Shown piece by piece: positions 50,201 through 63,602 of a DNA stretch of 64,000 nt; position 1 is the first letter of the stretch; each line of letters begins with the position of its first letter. The position numbers and the translations under genes were made by a program. This DNA comes from Sphagnum compactum. Its lineage: Eukaryota. The stretch lies in NCBI GenBank assembly GCA_965153455.1, contig OZ234494.1, forward strand, positions 7,626,001 through 7,690,000. The letters run 5' to 3'. The notes under the pieces are model-generated. The model saw nothing but the letters and a program-made list of their open reading frames with translations, searched no databases and was not told the origin of the DNA.

Positions 50201-53200
50201 TAAAAGATAATAGTTAGAGTTGTACACCCCCCATTTTTCATAATTCAAGTGCCATTTGCCATTATAGTAGTCTTGTGAACAATAATTTGGATGAAGCTAT
50301 TGCTTTGAGTGCCCTGAAATTGAATTTGAACTTGCACAAGATACAAAGCTTTACAAAACATCAAATGAAGGAATATGATTGATTTTGATTGACCAGTCGT
50401 AATTACTGGTCATGTGGTGGCATTTAACTAATTCCTTATTTTATATTGTCCAATATTCCTCACACTGGGAAAATAACTAAACACACTATTTTGGATATTA
50501 TAGAGACCCACATACAAGTTGTGGGTGAACCAATTCTTAAGGTTTATAGCGTTGAGAACTGATATTGATGAGACTCTTGCCAAGAATATCAACAAAGGGA
50601 GGTAAAATTAAACTTGGGTGCCTACTATTACATAGAGTTCAAATGAAAGAAATTTTGCGATTATAACCTTGCTAAGGGTTTAGGGTTTCAGGTAATATGG
50701 GTGGACTCTTGTAAGTAGGATGGTGCACAGAGAGAGAAAGTATTTCCTAGTTCAGCAATTTGTAACTAAGAGCCCCAAAAAATGATGCTTAGGATAGGCA
50801 TTCACATGTGACATATTAGATATGTCTCTAGCATCCATTGAAAGGAGAGAGATATAGAAACTTACTTTCCATAAAAGAGGGCAACATGTGAGAGAGTAGC
50901 AGCAATACTAGCAAAGCCAAATCCATAAGTGATGGCAAAGAAGGTTGACAAATGAATAGGGCCAACTTCTTCATATGCAGTCAAGTTTAACTCAAATTTG
51001 GAGTCAACAACGGATGTAATGTCATATTCTTGACCATTGGTTTGAAACAGTTGGCTTGAAAAAATGGGGAAAGTTTTTGCATTATAGATATTACCCCAAT
51101 ATGTTGCGGGTGTGACAATATAAATCGCAATAACAAACCCCACAAAGATGTTCACTGATGCAAAAAATGGCGACATGAGTGGGCTATACAGATATGATGA
51201 TATGCCCGACCAATCAAAGCTAAGGGCGCCGATACCTAGACCAGATAGACCCGAGCCAAGTTGATGGGCTGTGACCGAATTAGGCCATGCCCAACACACC
51301 CATGAGAAGGATGTCAGCATCATGAAAAGATAGCCGGGAAGGGTGTAATATGCGAAGCTCAAAATTACAGCAATGATAAAAAAATCAATCCGCTTCAGCC
51401 CTTTTCCTGTTTCCTTTTCATGTAATGTCCTGAATGGGTTGAAACAATGGCTGTCAAAGCATTATCTGGAGGAACAGTCTAGACATGTTTACCATGAAAA
51501 ATGAAGCCCAATTCTCCCCAAGAGTCCAGAAATACAACATTATTGTTTATTGAAAGATCTGAGTAATAAAAACCCAAATGGAGTCTCAATATACTGCCAT
51601 TGACAACCAGAAACCCAGCCTGACAGGTCCAGTTCTTTTAGGCCTTAAAGAACATCAGCTCAAGTGTTGTTGTGTCATTCAGTTTATAATGTAGATTAGG
51701 GTTTATCCATATAGCAGTGTGAATGTCCATCTATCCATTTCGGTTCATTCAATGTTCTTTAATGGTCTTCTTTCCTCCCAGGAATAAGCTTTTTTTCCAA
51801 TCCAAATTATTTGATGTGTGGATTTTGCAAGTCCTGTTTGCCATAACCCGCAAGTAGTTCTAGGAAGCTCTCACCCTTGTGAGAAATTTTTGGCGATGAC
51901 AGCATTAGGCTTAATACAATTAAAAATCTTTGCAAACATAGAGTGATAAGGATTTTTGGAACGGTTGAAGATAAAGTACATCCTCTAGAGCTTCCAAAGA
52001 AAAAAAACTCTGGGTACCTGAAAATTGTGACTTGCACAAGATTTATAGGCCACCACATATGTGCAGGGTCGACCAAATATTTCCGCAAAAGTCCAGCCCA
52101 ACCATAACCCAATACCTAACACACACCAAAACCTGCTCAGGATCTTGCATACACCAAGGAAATTCCATTTCTTTCAACAAGGAAAAGGACAAGAATGCAT
52201 ACTTTTTTTTTTCAAAATTAAAAAAACTTGCAACCCACACTACCATTTTTTCTTCATAAATTTCATGACATAAGACATTTTACTACCCATTTAGAGCTAT
52301 TTAAAAATACACTATGGAGTCACATGTTTACAGATTTGGGGGGAGGGGGGGGAGGGAGTTTGACTTTTTTTTAGTAATGAATTGTTTTCAAAACACTGAA
52401 AAATACACAAAAAAATTAGGTTTTGGAGGTGTTTTTTGGGCCATATTTCATAATCCTTTAAGGGATGATTTCCCATGATGATGGTACATAAAAACCTTTT
52501 CTTTTTACATTAAAATAAATAATCAATTAATTAATTAAAAAATAGCTGGTGATGTTAAGAAAGCAACAACATTACATGTATTTAGTTAATTCTGAATTTA
52601 CTTGTTCATTCTGGACTCTAGACTTTTTTCTATCCTAAAGGTTAGGATCGAGTTTTTTATTGGATTTCAGGCAAAACATTGTAAGCATCTATTTGTTGGG
52701 TCACATATCAAATAAAAAAATTGTTGCATTATAAGTAGTTGAACATGAAAAGAAGGGCAAGATATGTACCTGAGTGGTAATGACAACAAGAAGTCCGGGG
52801 AAAAAACCAATTGTGCGTTTATAGAAAGCTTTAATGATGTTAACAATCCCGACCGCATAGGCATCACCATTCCCAAAGGAACTCCCCGCATTAGCAAAAA
52901 TGGTGATCAAAACATGTTCTTTCATATTAAAGGGGCCAGGGTTAAGTGTAAACTCCCAATGAGTGAACGGGAATCGGATCATTTTGGTGGGCAAAGTTGC
53001 AGCCATGAACCTTCCTAAGGGCAAGGCAACAATTTGTGCAGAAATGGTGGTGATAATTAAGGGCTCTCGACGGTACTCAAAAAACTGGTTCAGAAAAGAC
53101 AGCAGAATACACACAAAGAGGCCTATTACCCACATTCTGAAAGTCCACACTGGTAGACTGGGGTCATCTGTTGTGGGCACCGTTAACTGGACCTGCTCAA

Positions 53201-53387
53201 CTGGGGACTCATCTGGATTGCCTCCATAGCCCACTTCCAAAGCTTTCAGTCCATCTCTTCCATCCCCAGGATTCAGTACCATGGGAGAATCTTCTGCAGC
53301 TCCTCCTTTGTTGGCTGCTGCATCCTTCATCTTCTTCTGCTGCTGCTGATGCTGCCGATCTTGATCTTCTAAGCCCGTCATCCCCAT
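47281..53387 (-). CDS. OPT: Oligopeptide transporter, OPT family (PT clade), 6 coding exons, ~777 aa
   Basis: Exons on the minus strand: 53387-52770, 52115-52018, 51429-50866, 50035-49780, 49220-49038, 47895-47281 (2334 nt, GT-AG, phase-consistent). Family motifs: [81 protein letters not shown]. The start is the first in-frame ATG (53387). The ORF-track start at 53423 is TTG, so an upstream exon cannot be excluded. Confidence 0.92.
48255..48470. repeat. GC-richer minisatellite with repeated GGAATTCC palindromic cores in the last OPT intron
   Basis: GAATTCC at ~48300, 48330, 48384, 48429 and 48459. A ~45-bp unit GCGGGAATTCCACC..AAGATCCCCTAAGGTAAGAAC..ACTG is repeated. Confidence 0.8.
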
Positions 53388-54256
53388 GTCTTCTTCTGGT
53401 GCCTGGCTAGTGCTGATTCCCAAACGGACGTCTAGTAGCTACTAGATGTGGACAACCCAACAGGAGTTCTGCAACTAAACACATGAGCTGCTTTGAGGAG
53501 AGCTTTGGGACCCTGTTCCAGCGGCTGAGCAATGCTATATGCAGTACATGAGTCCAACAAAGATCATGTGAGAAGCAAGCTACTACCACTTCCTTCACCT
53601 CAGTTATCAATAAACAAAGATCATGAGCATCATCTATGCTATTTCCTGACTAGCTAGAGCTGCAACTAACTATTACATATAGTAAAAATCATGATGACCC
53701 ACATGACTACAAAGAAGTATAAGTAGTTTCTCTTCTATCTGCATTTCTCAACATGCTCCCCGCAAGTCCCTTCTGTCTGCACCAATGATGATGATGCAGA
53801 ATAGCTGTGGAATACCTGTAGAAAGGTAAGGAAAGGGAACATATAAAAGCAAGCTGGGGAGGCTGATAGAGAAAAGAAAAAGAAAAAAAAAGAAAGGAAG
53901 GGGTGGCACTACCAAAGCTGCTTGTTGATGATGCACAAAGTAAGTTACTACTGTGAGTCATTCTGAAGACCCTGGTGTCAGTTGGCACAGATTTCTGCAT
54001 CCAGACAAAACAGGTAAAGACCCAAACTGATCAAAAGTTGTCAGTAGGTGGAGAGAAGAAGAAGTAGGTGGGGAAAAGGAGAGAGACACACAGATACAGA
54101 AAAAGAGAAAGAAGGCAGATGTCTGCAGCACCAAGAGGATGGATGAAGTGTAAGGTGAGGACTAAGAGCATCCATCCTCAGCCGTGCTCAGTATGGGACC
54201 CTGCAAAAATATTCTCACATCCGAGTTTAGTTATTTACTTTTTTCTAACCCCGCCC

Positions 54257-54685
54257 ATCTATCTATGAAGAAGGTCGTTTGTTTGTTTGTTTTGTTTTGT
54301 TTGTACTTATGAGATCCACTGAACCGGGATGCTTCAGATTTGCATTCTTGGTCTCTTTGGAAAGCTCTCAATGAGGAGGGTGCATGGGCTTGGTTCCATG
54401 ACATTTGGACTTGTGGTGCAAAAGTTCTTGAATATTGAATGATTTTTTCACTAAAAATTAAATTAAATCGTAGCCAAAAATTTCAGAGGAATTGGAATTT
54501 GTCGGAAAGATCTTGATGAGCAGGATTTAACGGGATTTTTTTGGTAAGATTTGGATTCTAAATGTGAGAGACATTAGTTTTTAAGTGATTTCTGCAGCTA
54601 AAAATTCAAATAAATTCAACAAAGCCAGGTTTTGGAAGGAAAAATCAGTTGAGAACGTGGTAACACTTGAAGGCTTATCATTCAA
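54257..54685 (+). repeat. ~430-bp dispersed repeat, copy 1, upstream of OPT
   Basis: Clear reverse-complement similarity to 63603-64000, e.g. GGAAGGAAAAATCAGTTGAGAACGTGGTAACA versus TGTTACCACGTTCTCAACTGATTTTTCCTTCC. It has a (GTTT)n tract near its start. Confidence 0.85.
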
Positions 54686-55089
54686 GCATGAATTGTATGT
54701 ATTCATTGATACAGACATTGCAAAACAAAGTTCACATGTTAAGTTTCCCTATTTTGTAATGGGTTTGTACACCACGAACGGGTTTAGGATCGAAACTATG
54801 TATGATTACTACATAGCTACAAAATCTACGTTCTTGGTTGCAAAATTATTCTCTCACCCTTCTATTGGCTATGCAAGCCTCATCATTTTTCTACCGTGAA
54901 CTAAATACAAACAACACCAAAACCATTCAAAACCAAAAGCCTTTCAAAATCAAAACTTCAATTCTCACAAATTTTGCACAAGTGAAGGTGTTTCCCAAGG
55001 TCACAAACACCCCCTTAAATATTAACCAAAAGGAAACAAGTCAAAAAACTTCCTAAAGCTTATCCACCACAAGGTTCCCCAAATAATCA

Positions 55090-55205
55090 AAAGGAAACAA
55101 AATCACATGGTTCCCCATGTGATTCCACAATCAATCACAAGGAACAATATCACATGGTTCCCCATGTGATTCCACAATTAATCACAAGGAAACAATATCA
55201 CATGG
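55090..55205. repeat. ~47-bp tandem repeat with internal hairpin, about 2.5 copies
   Basis: AAGGAA(A)CAA.ATCACATGGTTCCCCATGTGATTCCACAAT repeated. ATCACATGG and CCATGTGAT are inverted arms. Confidence 0.8.
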
Positions 55206-56577
55206 TGCACATGACATAAGTCAATGCACCATGACAAAATTATGGAATCCTACCACTCAACTTACCCCTTTAAACAATTACCTAAGTAATTGTGTAATCA
55301 AGTTACAGGTTCACACTTGGGCCAATGGCATAAGCCACACTACTAAAAATGAAACATGGGTTGCAAATAAGTGGGAGACTACTAATACCAAACCACTTGC
55401 ACCAATCAGAAACAAGGAGCAATAGTCAGATTGTATTTTAATTACACTCTTTTACTGGCAAGTGCACAACTTTGTTACGCCCTTTACCAGCCCTACCAAA
55501 CTGTGTAGATATGCTCCATTAACCTGAGCTAAATTGGCATATTTTGACTTTCTTCATCTAATTTAATGTTTGGGATACAATGGATGTTGGAAGGACTCGT
55601 GTTTTGAAGAAGTTTTTCTAATGTAGCATAAATGGCGTTCATCCATTGGAAGATATAAAAAAATGGTGATCACCCCTAGCAAGATTTAGCCAAAGCTAGC
55701 TATAGACTAAATATGAAGTTCAATTTTTGAATCAACTTTCTATATTCATGGTTGTTACCCAAATTTAGTAACATGTAACTTAACAAGTTATTAGTCCTAA
55801 CGAGTTGTTAAATCTAACTTGTGACTTAACCTAAGCAGTTAGAAAACTCAGTAGGTAGCATTACACTAGGTTAGTAGACAGGTTGACAAGTTATTAATTA
55901 ATCAGTAGTCTATAGGACAGGATGACAGAGCAGGTAGATGGGTAGGTGGTTTATAAGGCACTATTAATACATCTTTCAAGGCCTTTGCAACATTTTTTTT
56001 TGGGGTCACCATGTGGCAAATATTTCCACTTTAAAAACCATTGATAAGGAGTATTAATTATTGGCTCAAGGAATTGGTTGTTTAGTTATTGGCAAGAATC
56101 TTTGTTGCCTTCCAAATTGTGCCCCTTGAACTTTGTGCAAGGAGAACCCAAGGTTCACTATTACAAAAGCATGTTATTTTGACTAGAGAATTTAGTCAAG
56201 AAGGACTCCATTTGGAAAGGCATAAAAAAAACCATCCTATCAATTTGGACAAGTCGATTTGGACTTGTCCTGTGTGACTAGGGTGGCTTTTTTTATTGGC
56301 AAACTATTGGATTATTTGACTAATCATCTTGACTATTGGATAATGGACCATTTGACTGGTCAAATATTTTTTCAATTTTTTCTAGATTATTATTAATTAT
56401 TCTTTTTGGTAAGTAGGTCCAAGTAGGGTAGATTGTATATAGGTTTAAGTAAATGGTAAAAAGGCAACTAGGTAGGTGGTTGTTTAATCTAATCTACTTA
56501 ACTTAACCTACCTATCTAACCTTCCTAACTTGATCTAACCTATTTACCCTAACCTTTTAAACATGTATATAGGTTAC

Positions 56578-56646
56578 AAGTATTGGGAATCGAACCCTTC
56601 ACCTCCCCCAACGATAAATCAAATCCTTACCAATGGACTACACATT
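56578..56646 (-). other. tRNA-derived segment with Pol III A and B boxes (SINE-head or tRNA pseudogene)
   Basis: Minus strand reads GTGTAGTCCATTGGTAAGGA (A-box-like TAGTCCATTGG) and GGGTTCGATTCCC (B-box/T-arm) at tRNA-like spacing. Acceptor and anticodon stems do not pair well. Confidence 0.5.
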
Positions 56647-56749
56647 CCAAAGTTGACAAAACTTGTCAACTTTTTTATTTCATTTGTTTATTTCACATCA
56701 TTAATTATATAGGTAAATAAGAAAATTAGGTGATTAGTAAGTAGGTTGC

Positions 56750-57075
56750 ATGATGCTTGGTAGGTAGAAAGGTAGGTAAGTAAGTAGCTTGTAATTCATA
56801 GGAGGTAGGTAGTTAGGTAGGTAAATGGGTAGGTAGGTAGGGATTTTGGATGGTAGGTGGGAAATAGGAGGTAGGTAGGTAGATAGGTATGTATGATGGT
56901 AAGTGAAAAATAAAACGTAAGTAGGTAGGTAAGGTTGTACAATGGTAGGTGGGAAGTAGGAGGTAGGTAGGGTTTTAAGATGGTAGGTGGGACATAGGAG
57001 TTAGATAAGTAGGTAGGTAGGTAAATATGTAAGATGGTAGGTGGAAAGTAAGAGGTAGGTAGGTATGTAGGTAGG
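56750..57075. repeat. Degenerate (TAGG)n tetranucleotide microsatellite
   Basis: Runs of GGTAGGTAGGTAGG with interruptions. Confidence 0.85.
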
Positions 57076-59469
57076 CCTAGGCTATTGCCTAACCTAATTA
57101 ATAATTATTTTGACCAATTAGGTGGCATAGGATGTCCCATTTGACTAGAACATCATTGTCCATCTTGATTAAGGATGTCATTTTGTTTTGTTCAACTTGA
57201 TTAGATGTCCCAATTGACCAAAAGCCATTGGTCATTTTGACCAAAGTGGTCATTTTTTTTATCCAATTTGACTAGATGTTCAATTTCACATATAATCAAA
57301 TAGGTCATTTTAGTTAGATTACTAGTCAAAAATACACCTATCATTCAAGCCTCAAGCTTTTAGTCAAAATGTATATGTCCACTAATCAAAATAAACTTGT
57401 TAGTTAACTTAAACCTTTTGAAAAACCATGAGTTGTAGTAGTGATTTGAACTTTGAACTTTAGTTCTCTAAGTCAAGTTAGCGGTTGGGTTAGCCCTTGC
57501 TTTATTGTGGCATGTTTCATTGGGTTTGTTTTGGTTTATTTGTTCAAATTTTTGTTTTAGTCTTATATTATAGTGAGTTGTTTTGCCCTCCTTTTTCCTC
57601 TATGTATACATATATTTTTTATTAACAAAATTTATCTATCTCACTATTTTCATTTTTTTTTTTTTGTTGGAATATTGATTCATGATGGAAGCCTATGATT
57701 CATCCATGGTATTCAAATTGAAAGATTCATAATTAATAAAATGAATGACACATTCATGAATGTTGAATGTGAAGATGGTAGGAGGTTTAAATAAATCAAA
57801 TTTAAAAATAAAATTGTTACATAAATATTAAATAACTTGTACTCATAAATGTTTTTAGAATAAATCTTTAAACATTACATGGGACATTTTAAAAGCCTTA
57901 CAACAAAACTTCATTAACTTGGTCATTGTTGATATAACTAATCTTCAACTAATGCAATCAGTCCATCCATTTTAAGACAAACATTAGAAATATGGCAAGA
58001 TTAATGTCATACTTTAAGGTGAATGATATAACAATGAGGAAGCATGTGGATGTGGAAGTAATAATTAAATGCAAAAACTTTTGCAAAGACAATTTGCAAA
58101 ATAAATTAATTAATTGCCTTGTTTCCAAGCACACCTTTTAACTTCTTTGGTTCTTATACATCCTTTTGAGAAAGATAATGAGCACTAGAAATCATTTATA
58201 CAAATCTTCCTTTCTTTATGATTAAAACAATATTCATTTATTTGTGTTGTTAAAAAACAAATGGTTGCAATGGACAGATTTGTAATTATATTTTTGAGTT
58301 GATTTTTCTTCAAAAACCACATTTCAATAACAAATATTGCTACATCTAATTGAAAAAAATTGAGAACATTACATGTACTACCTATTTTGGCAAAGTGTAT
58401 GTTTATAATTCAATTAATTTTGATTCATGGATGCCCAAAGGAACTCATGACGTGTTTGTTTTAGTTGTTATTTTGGGTTGATGAATAATCAAAACATGTT
58501 ACCATTCAACTATTAAAGGCTTCAAAAACAATTGGTTTGTAAATAATTTAAAACTTTCAATATCTATTAAGATTTTATGGATTCACAAATAAAATAGTTC
58601 CATATGTGAAAAATGAGGAAATTATTTAAATACCATGATTGTAATTTGTAAATTGTGGTAAGTTGCGTTGTTCATTTGGGTTAGAATTTTTTTCTTGGGG
58701 TTCTTTTAGTCATTCACTTTCCAAAAAATGTCAAATGTTTTTAATGATGGGAAATTTTTTGATATATTGAACTATGTTTCAATCAAATCATCACACATAA
58801 ACTTGCAAAAAAATACAACTTGGTTTTAAATTTTTGAAAGCATAAAAAAAAATGGAATAGAACTTGTATAAATTCTAGATTACAATTAACTTCTTTTCTT
58901 GAAATTTTGGTTTTTTATTTTTAATATCTCATGTACTTATTCATGTAATTGTTATGTTTTTAATCATTAAACTATTTCTAGACATTGTTTAGAAAAATTA
59001 TCACACCTCATAGTTAATTTAGACAAGTTAAATTCTTAGTTTTGCAGATATGATTGATAGAGTTTTAAAAAAGGCTTGGGATCGATAGCCATGCACATTC
59101 TATGGACTTGCTTAAAGATCAAAACCTCTAATTATTTAGTATTAGGTGATTTAGTTTATTATGAATACAATGGATCTAAGCACTACTAATCGTTGTATTA
59201 TCTTAAATGTTACATTTTTATCTTTGTACATGCTTCATATTTCCTATTAGAAATTTAACATGTGATCAAAACTACAAATGTAAAAATTATTCAAGTAGCA
59301 CAAAGATAATCATAAAAGTTCTTACTTTTGAAAATTAAACTCCTTGTCTATACAAGTTTAGGTTTTAGCTTTGAACAAATAATTAGAGAGGAACATATTC
59401 CAATACTTACATCAAAAGAATGAAAATGTAACCAAGTCCAAAGTTTCAACTAATAGTTTGAGTTCCATT

Positions 59470-60130
59470 ATTAAAAAATGAATGATCATGGCAACATCCA
59501 ACTTAGGGAAAATAACAAGTTTAGAAAAGTTGTTGTCATGGACACCATTGTCACCTGTTGTTTGTATCATCGTTTGCACCAACATAATCACCTACATCAT
59601 CGCTTGCACCAACATAGTCACTTGCATCATCGCTTACATCATCGCTTGCATCATCGTTAGGAAGCTTCTCAAGAAGTTTTTTTAGTTAATGCACACATGG
59701 AAGCCTCTATGGAAGCTTCCTTGAGTTAGGTCCTCAATGGGGTATAATTTGAATTAACCTTTAATTAAATTATAGTTGACTTTTAATTCACTATTAGTTA
59801 GGATACTTCGTGGTCAGTGCACACATGCATAGAAACTTCCTTGAGTTAGGTCCCCAATGGGATATAAATAGAGGTAGGACCTCTCATTATCTTAAGTCTA
59901 TTCAACATTAGTTTTGAGTACATTTTCCTGTCATAACCTTTGTTTTCATACATTATCAAAATAAAGTTATGTTTGAATCATCTTCTAACATATATCATGT
60001 TTTTGCCTTGCATTTTTGTGTTTTCAGTCTTGGGCTAAACTTAAGCTTGCATGTCTTGTGATTTGTTTTCCTTGTTGTGTCCTTGGTTTAGTTCCTATTC
60101 TTGTAGTTTTTCATGCCCATGATAGTTGTC
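59470..60130 (+). repeat. Possible 5' LTR region of the copia relic, with internal tandem repeats
   Basis: Nested CATCATCGCTTG(C/A) repeats (59555-59660) and a duplicated GCACACATG..CTTCCTTGAGTTAGGTCC.CAATGGG.TATAA block (~59690 and ~59820), with TATAAATA at ~59863, upstream of the copia gag. Termini and PBS were not identified. Confidence 0.35.
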
Positions 60131-60249
60131 AACTATTATTCTTGGAGTTTTCTAATTTAAAATATTTGGAGAAAGGAAATGATTTGGTAGCATGTTGTAC
60201 CAAATCTCAATTTCACAACACTAATGATTTTGATGTTGTTTGTAGGAAA

Positions 60250-63200
60250 ATATGAAGGAATTCACCATCATCAATCCCCCATTAGTCTCTTAGTAAAAGA
60301 TGAAATCATTCCTTACATTCAAAACATGATGGATCATGTTGAATGTTGAAACAAACTTGAAAAAAATTTCAAACCCAAGTTTCACATAAGATGATTGATG
60401 TTCAAAAACAAATGTCAAAACATTAAAATGGAAAAGGAATAAACATGGAAGATTTTTTCTTCACAATAAAAGATTTCATAATCCAAATCATTGGAATGGG
60501 AGACAAATATCATGATCTTGTTTCAATAGTTATCAATGCCTTACCAATACCAAATGAATATGAAACATTTGTTCGTGTAAGGATTAATATCCTCACAAGA
60601 CAAATTTTGCTTATGTTTGACAAATTGTCAAGCAAACTCATCCATCAAGCTAATCTTTGAGAGCTAAAAGGAGGGAAGAAACCAAAAGACAAAGCAATTC
60701 TTGTCAAATTCAAAAAGATTAGGAGTGATAAACACTATAGAAAGGAGAAACCAAATTACAACAAGGCCTCTCACATGTGACTTGGAAAATTTACAATTGT
60801 CAAGCTTATGGCCATTGGGTTTGAGACTGCTTGAAGAATCTATGGATGGTGACAAGGGAAAGCTAAAGCAAACTAAAAATGTAATGCAAAAAAATGATGA
60901 TGCCAAAAGAAAAATCTTTATAAACAACATAAATTTGTTCAAAGCAAAATCTCAAAGGTAGAACCAAAAACCATGCATGGTATTTTAACTTTGGGGCTAT
61001 AAAATATATGACAAGAAAAGGAAGTTTTGTTCATAACATGAAAACCATCATAAATAGTTCACAACTGAAATCTATCAATAGGCAAGTTCACTAGTAAAGA
61101 GAAGGGAAATGTTACTATTTCTACTATTGAAGGGACAATAAAATGGTTGATTAATGTTATCTATGTGAAGCTTAGGATCAATAAGAATTTGTTATCGATA
61201 GGAATGATTGTTGATAAAGGTCTTACCTTGATGTTTGATTCTAAAAACTGTCTAGTAATCAACTCATCTACCCTTAATGAAATAATAGTTGAATGATTTT
61301 TCATTTCAACAAATTAGAATTTTGCTTGGTTAATACAATTAATTTTAATAATGAAATTCAAAAGTTAATTTACATTCCCCAAACATGAGTTTTTAAAAGT
61401 TTAACAAATATTGAGCTTTGGCATACAAGATTCAAAAATTCAAATTCCTTGTTTCTTCATTCTCTAAGCTTTGAGAATCTTGTTACTTGTTTCCCAAAAT
61501 TGTTAAAAACTTCTCATGTTTGTGAAAGGTGTCACTTGGTACTCATGCAAGAACCAAATTTCCTAGGAAAGACACATTCAGATCACAAAAGGTCCCAGAA
61601 TTAATACATTGATTTATGTGACCTAATATTTGTACCATCCTTGTCAAGTGTTAAATACATCGTTACTATTATTGATGATTTCAAGAGATGAACTTGGATA
61701 TACTTCATGAGACAATAATAAAAAAACTTTTAGCATGTTCAAAATATTTAAGAAATAGTCAAAGTGCATAGATACGAAAGAAAATTAGAATGTTGACAAG
61801 TGATTGAGGCAATCAATTCACATCTATAACCTTCAACATGTTTTGTCAACAAGAATCAGTAAGAAGACAATTAACAAAGGGCACATACATTGTAACAAAA
61901 TGGAGTTCCAAATGTAATTTAAGTTCAAACCAAATTATCATTGGTTAAATTTGGAGTATTTTTAGAAAGTAAACCTCTAAGTTATCTTTTGATAGAAGCA
62001 GTGAGTATTACAAATTATTTCATCAACAAATGTCCAACATGAACAAATCAAGAGGTGACACTAAAACATCTTTTTATTAAATGACAACCAAATGTTAAAC
62101 ATTTATGTGTCTTTGCAAGTGAAACATCAACTCACATTGATAAGAGTGCTTAATAAAAACTAGACTTGAAGATAGTTCAATGCATGTTGGTTGGATATGA
62201 TGAAAATTAAAAACCAACTAATGTTTTCATCTTCAAACAAAATGGATAATTTATATTGCAATGTGAAATCCAATGAAACAATTGGTGGTGTATCACAAGA
62301 TACAATGAATCCATTAAAAGGAAAAGTTACCATTTTTATTGGAACATTATATAGCACTCGAAAGAAACAAAGGACCAATGGACATAAGATCAAAACCATT
62401 GTTAAAGAGGTTAGAGGTGTTTTTGGGGCATACATGAGATGGAGGATTGCAAAAACAACCACCAAAATGCAAAACATTAGGTGATTATCTTTTTATTCAA
62501 ATTGACTTGTTTAGTTTTTATCATGCAGTAGGTGAAGATAAATCGATCTTCAATCACCAACAATATTAAGGATAACAAAACCAAGAAGGTCAAGATGAGT
62601 CTCTAGACCATTGCTTAGGTTTGATAATTACATTGTAGGAACCTTGATTTGTCAAGTGAACCTCAATTTGATGAATCAAAATGACAATTTAATGAATGGA
62701 AAGTTATAATGGATTCTAAAATAGATTCAATACAAAGGAATCAAACATGGGATTTAATGGAGGTGCCAATTGGGAAATGTGCCATCACAACAAAATGGAT
62801 ATTCAAGATAATCTTTGATTCATCAAGAAACGTTCAAAAGTTAAGTTTAAGGCAAGACTTGTAGTAGGGTTTTGAACAACTATAAGGCATTAAATTTGAT
62901 GAAAATTTTACATTAATAGTAAAGTATTGAGGCTCCATAAAAATAGTTATAGCTCTAGCAACACATAACAAGTGGGATATTAGTTAACTTGATGTCAAAA
63001 CCATTTCTTTTGAATGGGGACCTTTAAGAAGAGGTGTACATCCATCAACCCAAATGTTATGTGTCCCATGGCAATGAACATTTGGGTTACAAGCTATAGA
63101 AAGCACTACAAGGTCTTAAGAAAGCTCCAAGGGCCTAAAACCAAAAAGTTGATAGCTTCTTGGAAAAATAAATATTGCAAAAAAATAAATGAATCACAAC

Positions 63201-63460
63201 ATATACTACCCAAATGAAGACATGAAAACCATAATTTTTTTTGTTGTACATTGATGACCTCCTACTAACTAGAGACCATACCAAGAAAATTTCTTGAATC
63301 AAAGAACAACTTGAAAAACAATTTGAACTGGCCAATTTCAAACAACTAAGTTAGTACCTCAAATGGACTTTACTTTTTTGGCCCATACAAATTTTCATGA
63401 GCTATTAAGGTTATGTGGAGGATATGTTGAAAAAATTTGGGCTAAAATTCATGCAATAAT
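60250..63460 (+). mobile_element. Highly degenerate Ty1/copia retrotransposon internal region
   Basis: Copia domain order. Gag-like NALP..EYETFV (~60540), protease-like WYFNFGAIKYMT (~60980), LWH GAG-pre-integrase (~61420), integrase ELIH../YIVTIIDDF..TWIYF (61600-61710), RT WKVIMDSKIDSIQRNQTWDL..KCAITTKWIFKI, FKARLV, LDVKT, LYIDDLL (62700-63265). Confidence 0.8.
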
Positions 63461-63602
63461 CTAATAAGAACTAGTGTGGCTTGTGTCATTGGCCCAAGTG
63501 TGAACGCATTACAAAATAGGGAAACTCAACATGTAAACATTGTTTTGCAATGTATGTATCAATTTTTTGAATAGCCAAATACGAAAGGAAATTGTGCTTG
63601 AA

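Larger units (their letters stand above)
56156..57443. mobile_element. ~1.3-kb non-autonomous CACTA element containing (TAGG)n and a tRNA-like segment
   Basis: Termini CACTATTACAA and TTGTAGTAGTG (10 of 11 match). Flanks GTT/ATT form a near 3-bp TSD. Many TTGAC(T/C)A and TAGTCAA subterminal repeats near both ends. Confidence 0.65.

Noticed and set aside
53388-53423. OPT start at 53423 as given by the ORF track
   Set aside because: That codon is TTG. The first in-frame ATG is at 53387.
56578-56646. Functional tRNA gene
   Set aside because: A and B boxes are present, but the acceptor and anticodon stems do not pair, and it lies inside a transposon.
59478-59685. His-rich small protein (HHRLHQHNHLHHRL...)
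   Set aside because: It is the translation of a short tandem DNA repeat next to a copia relic, with no gene context.
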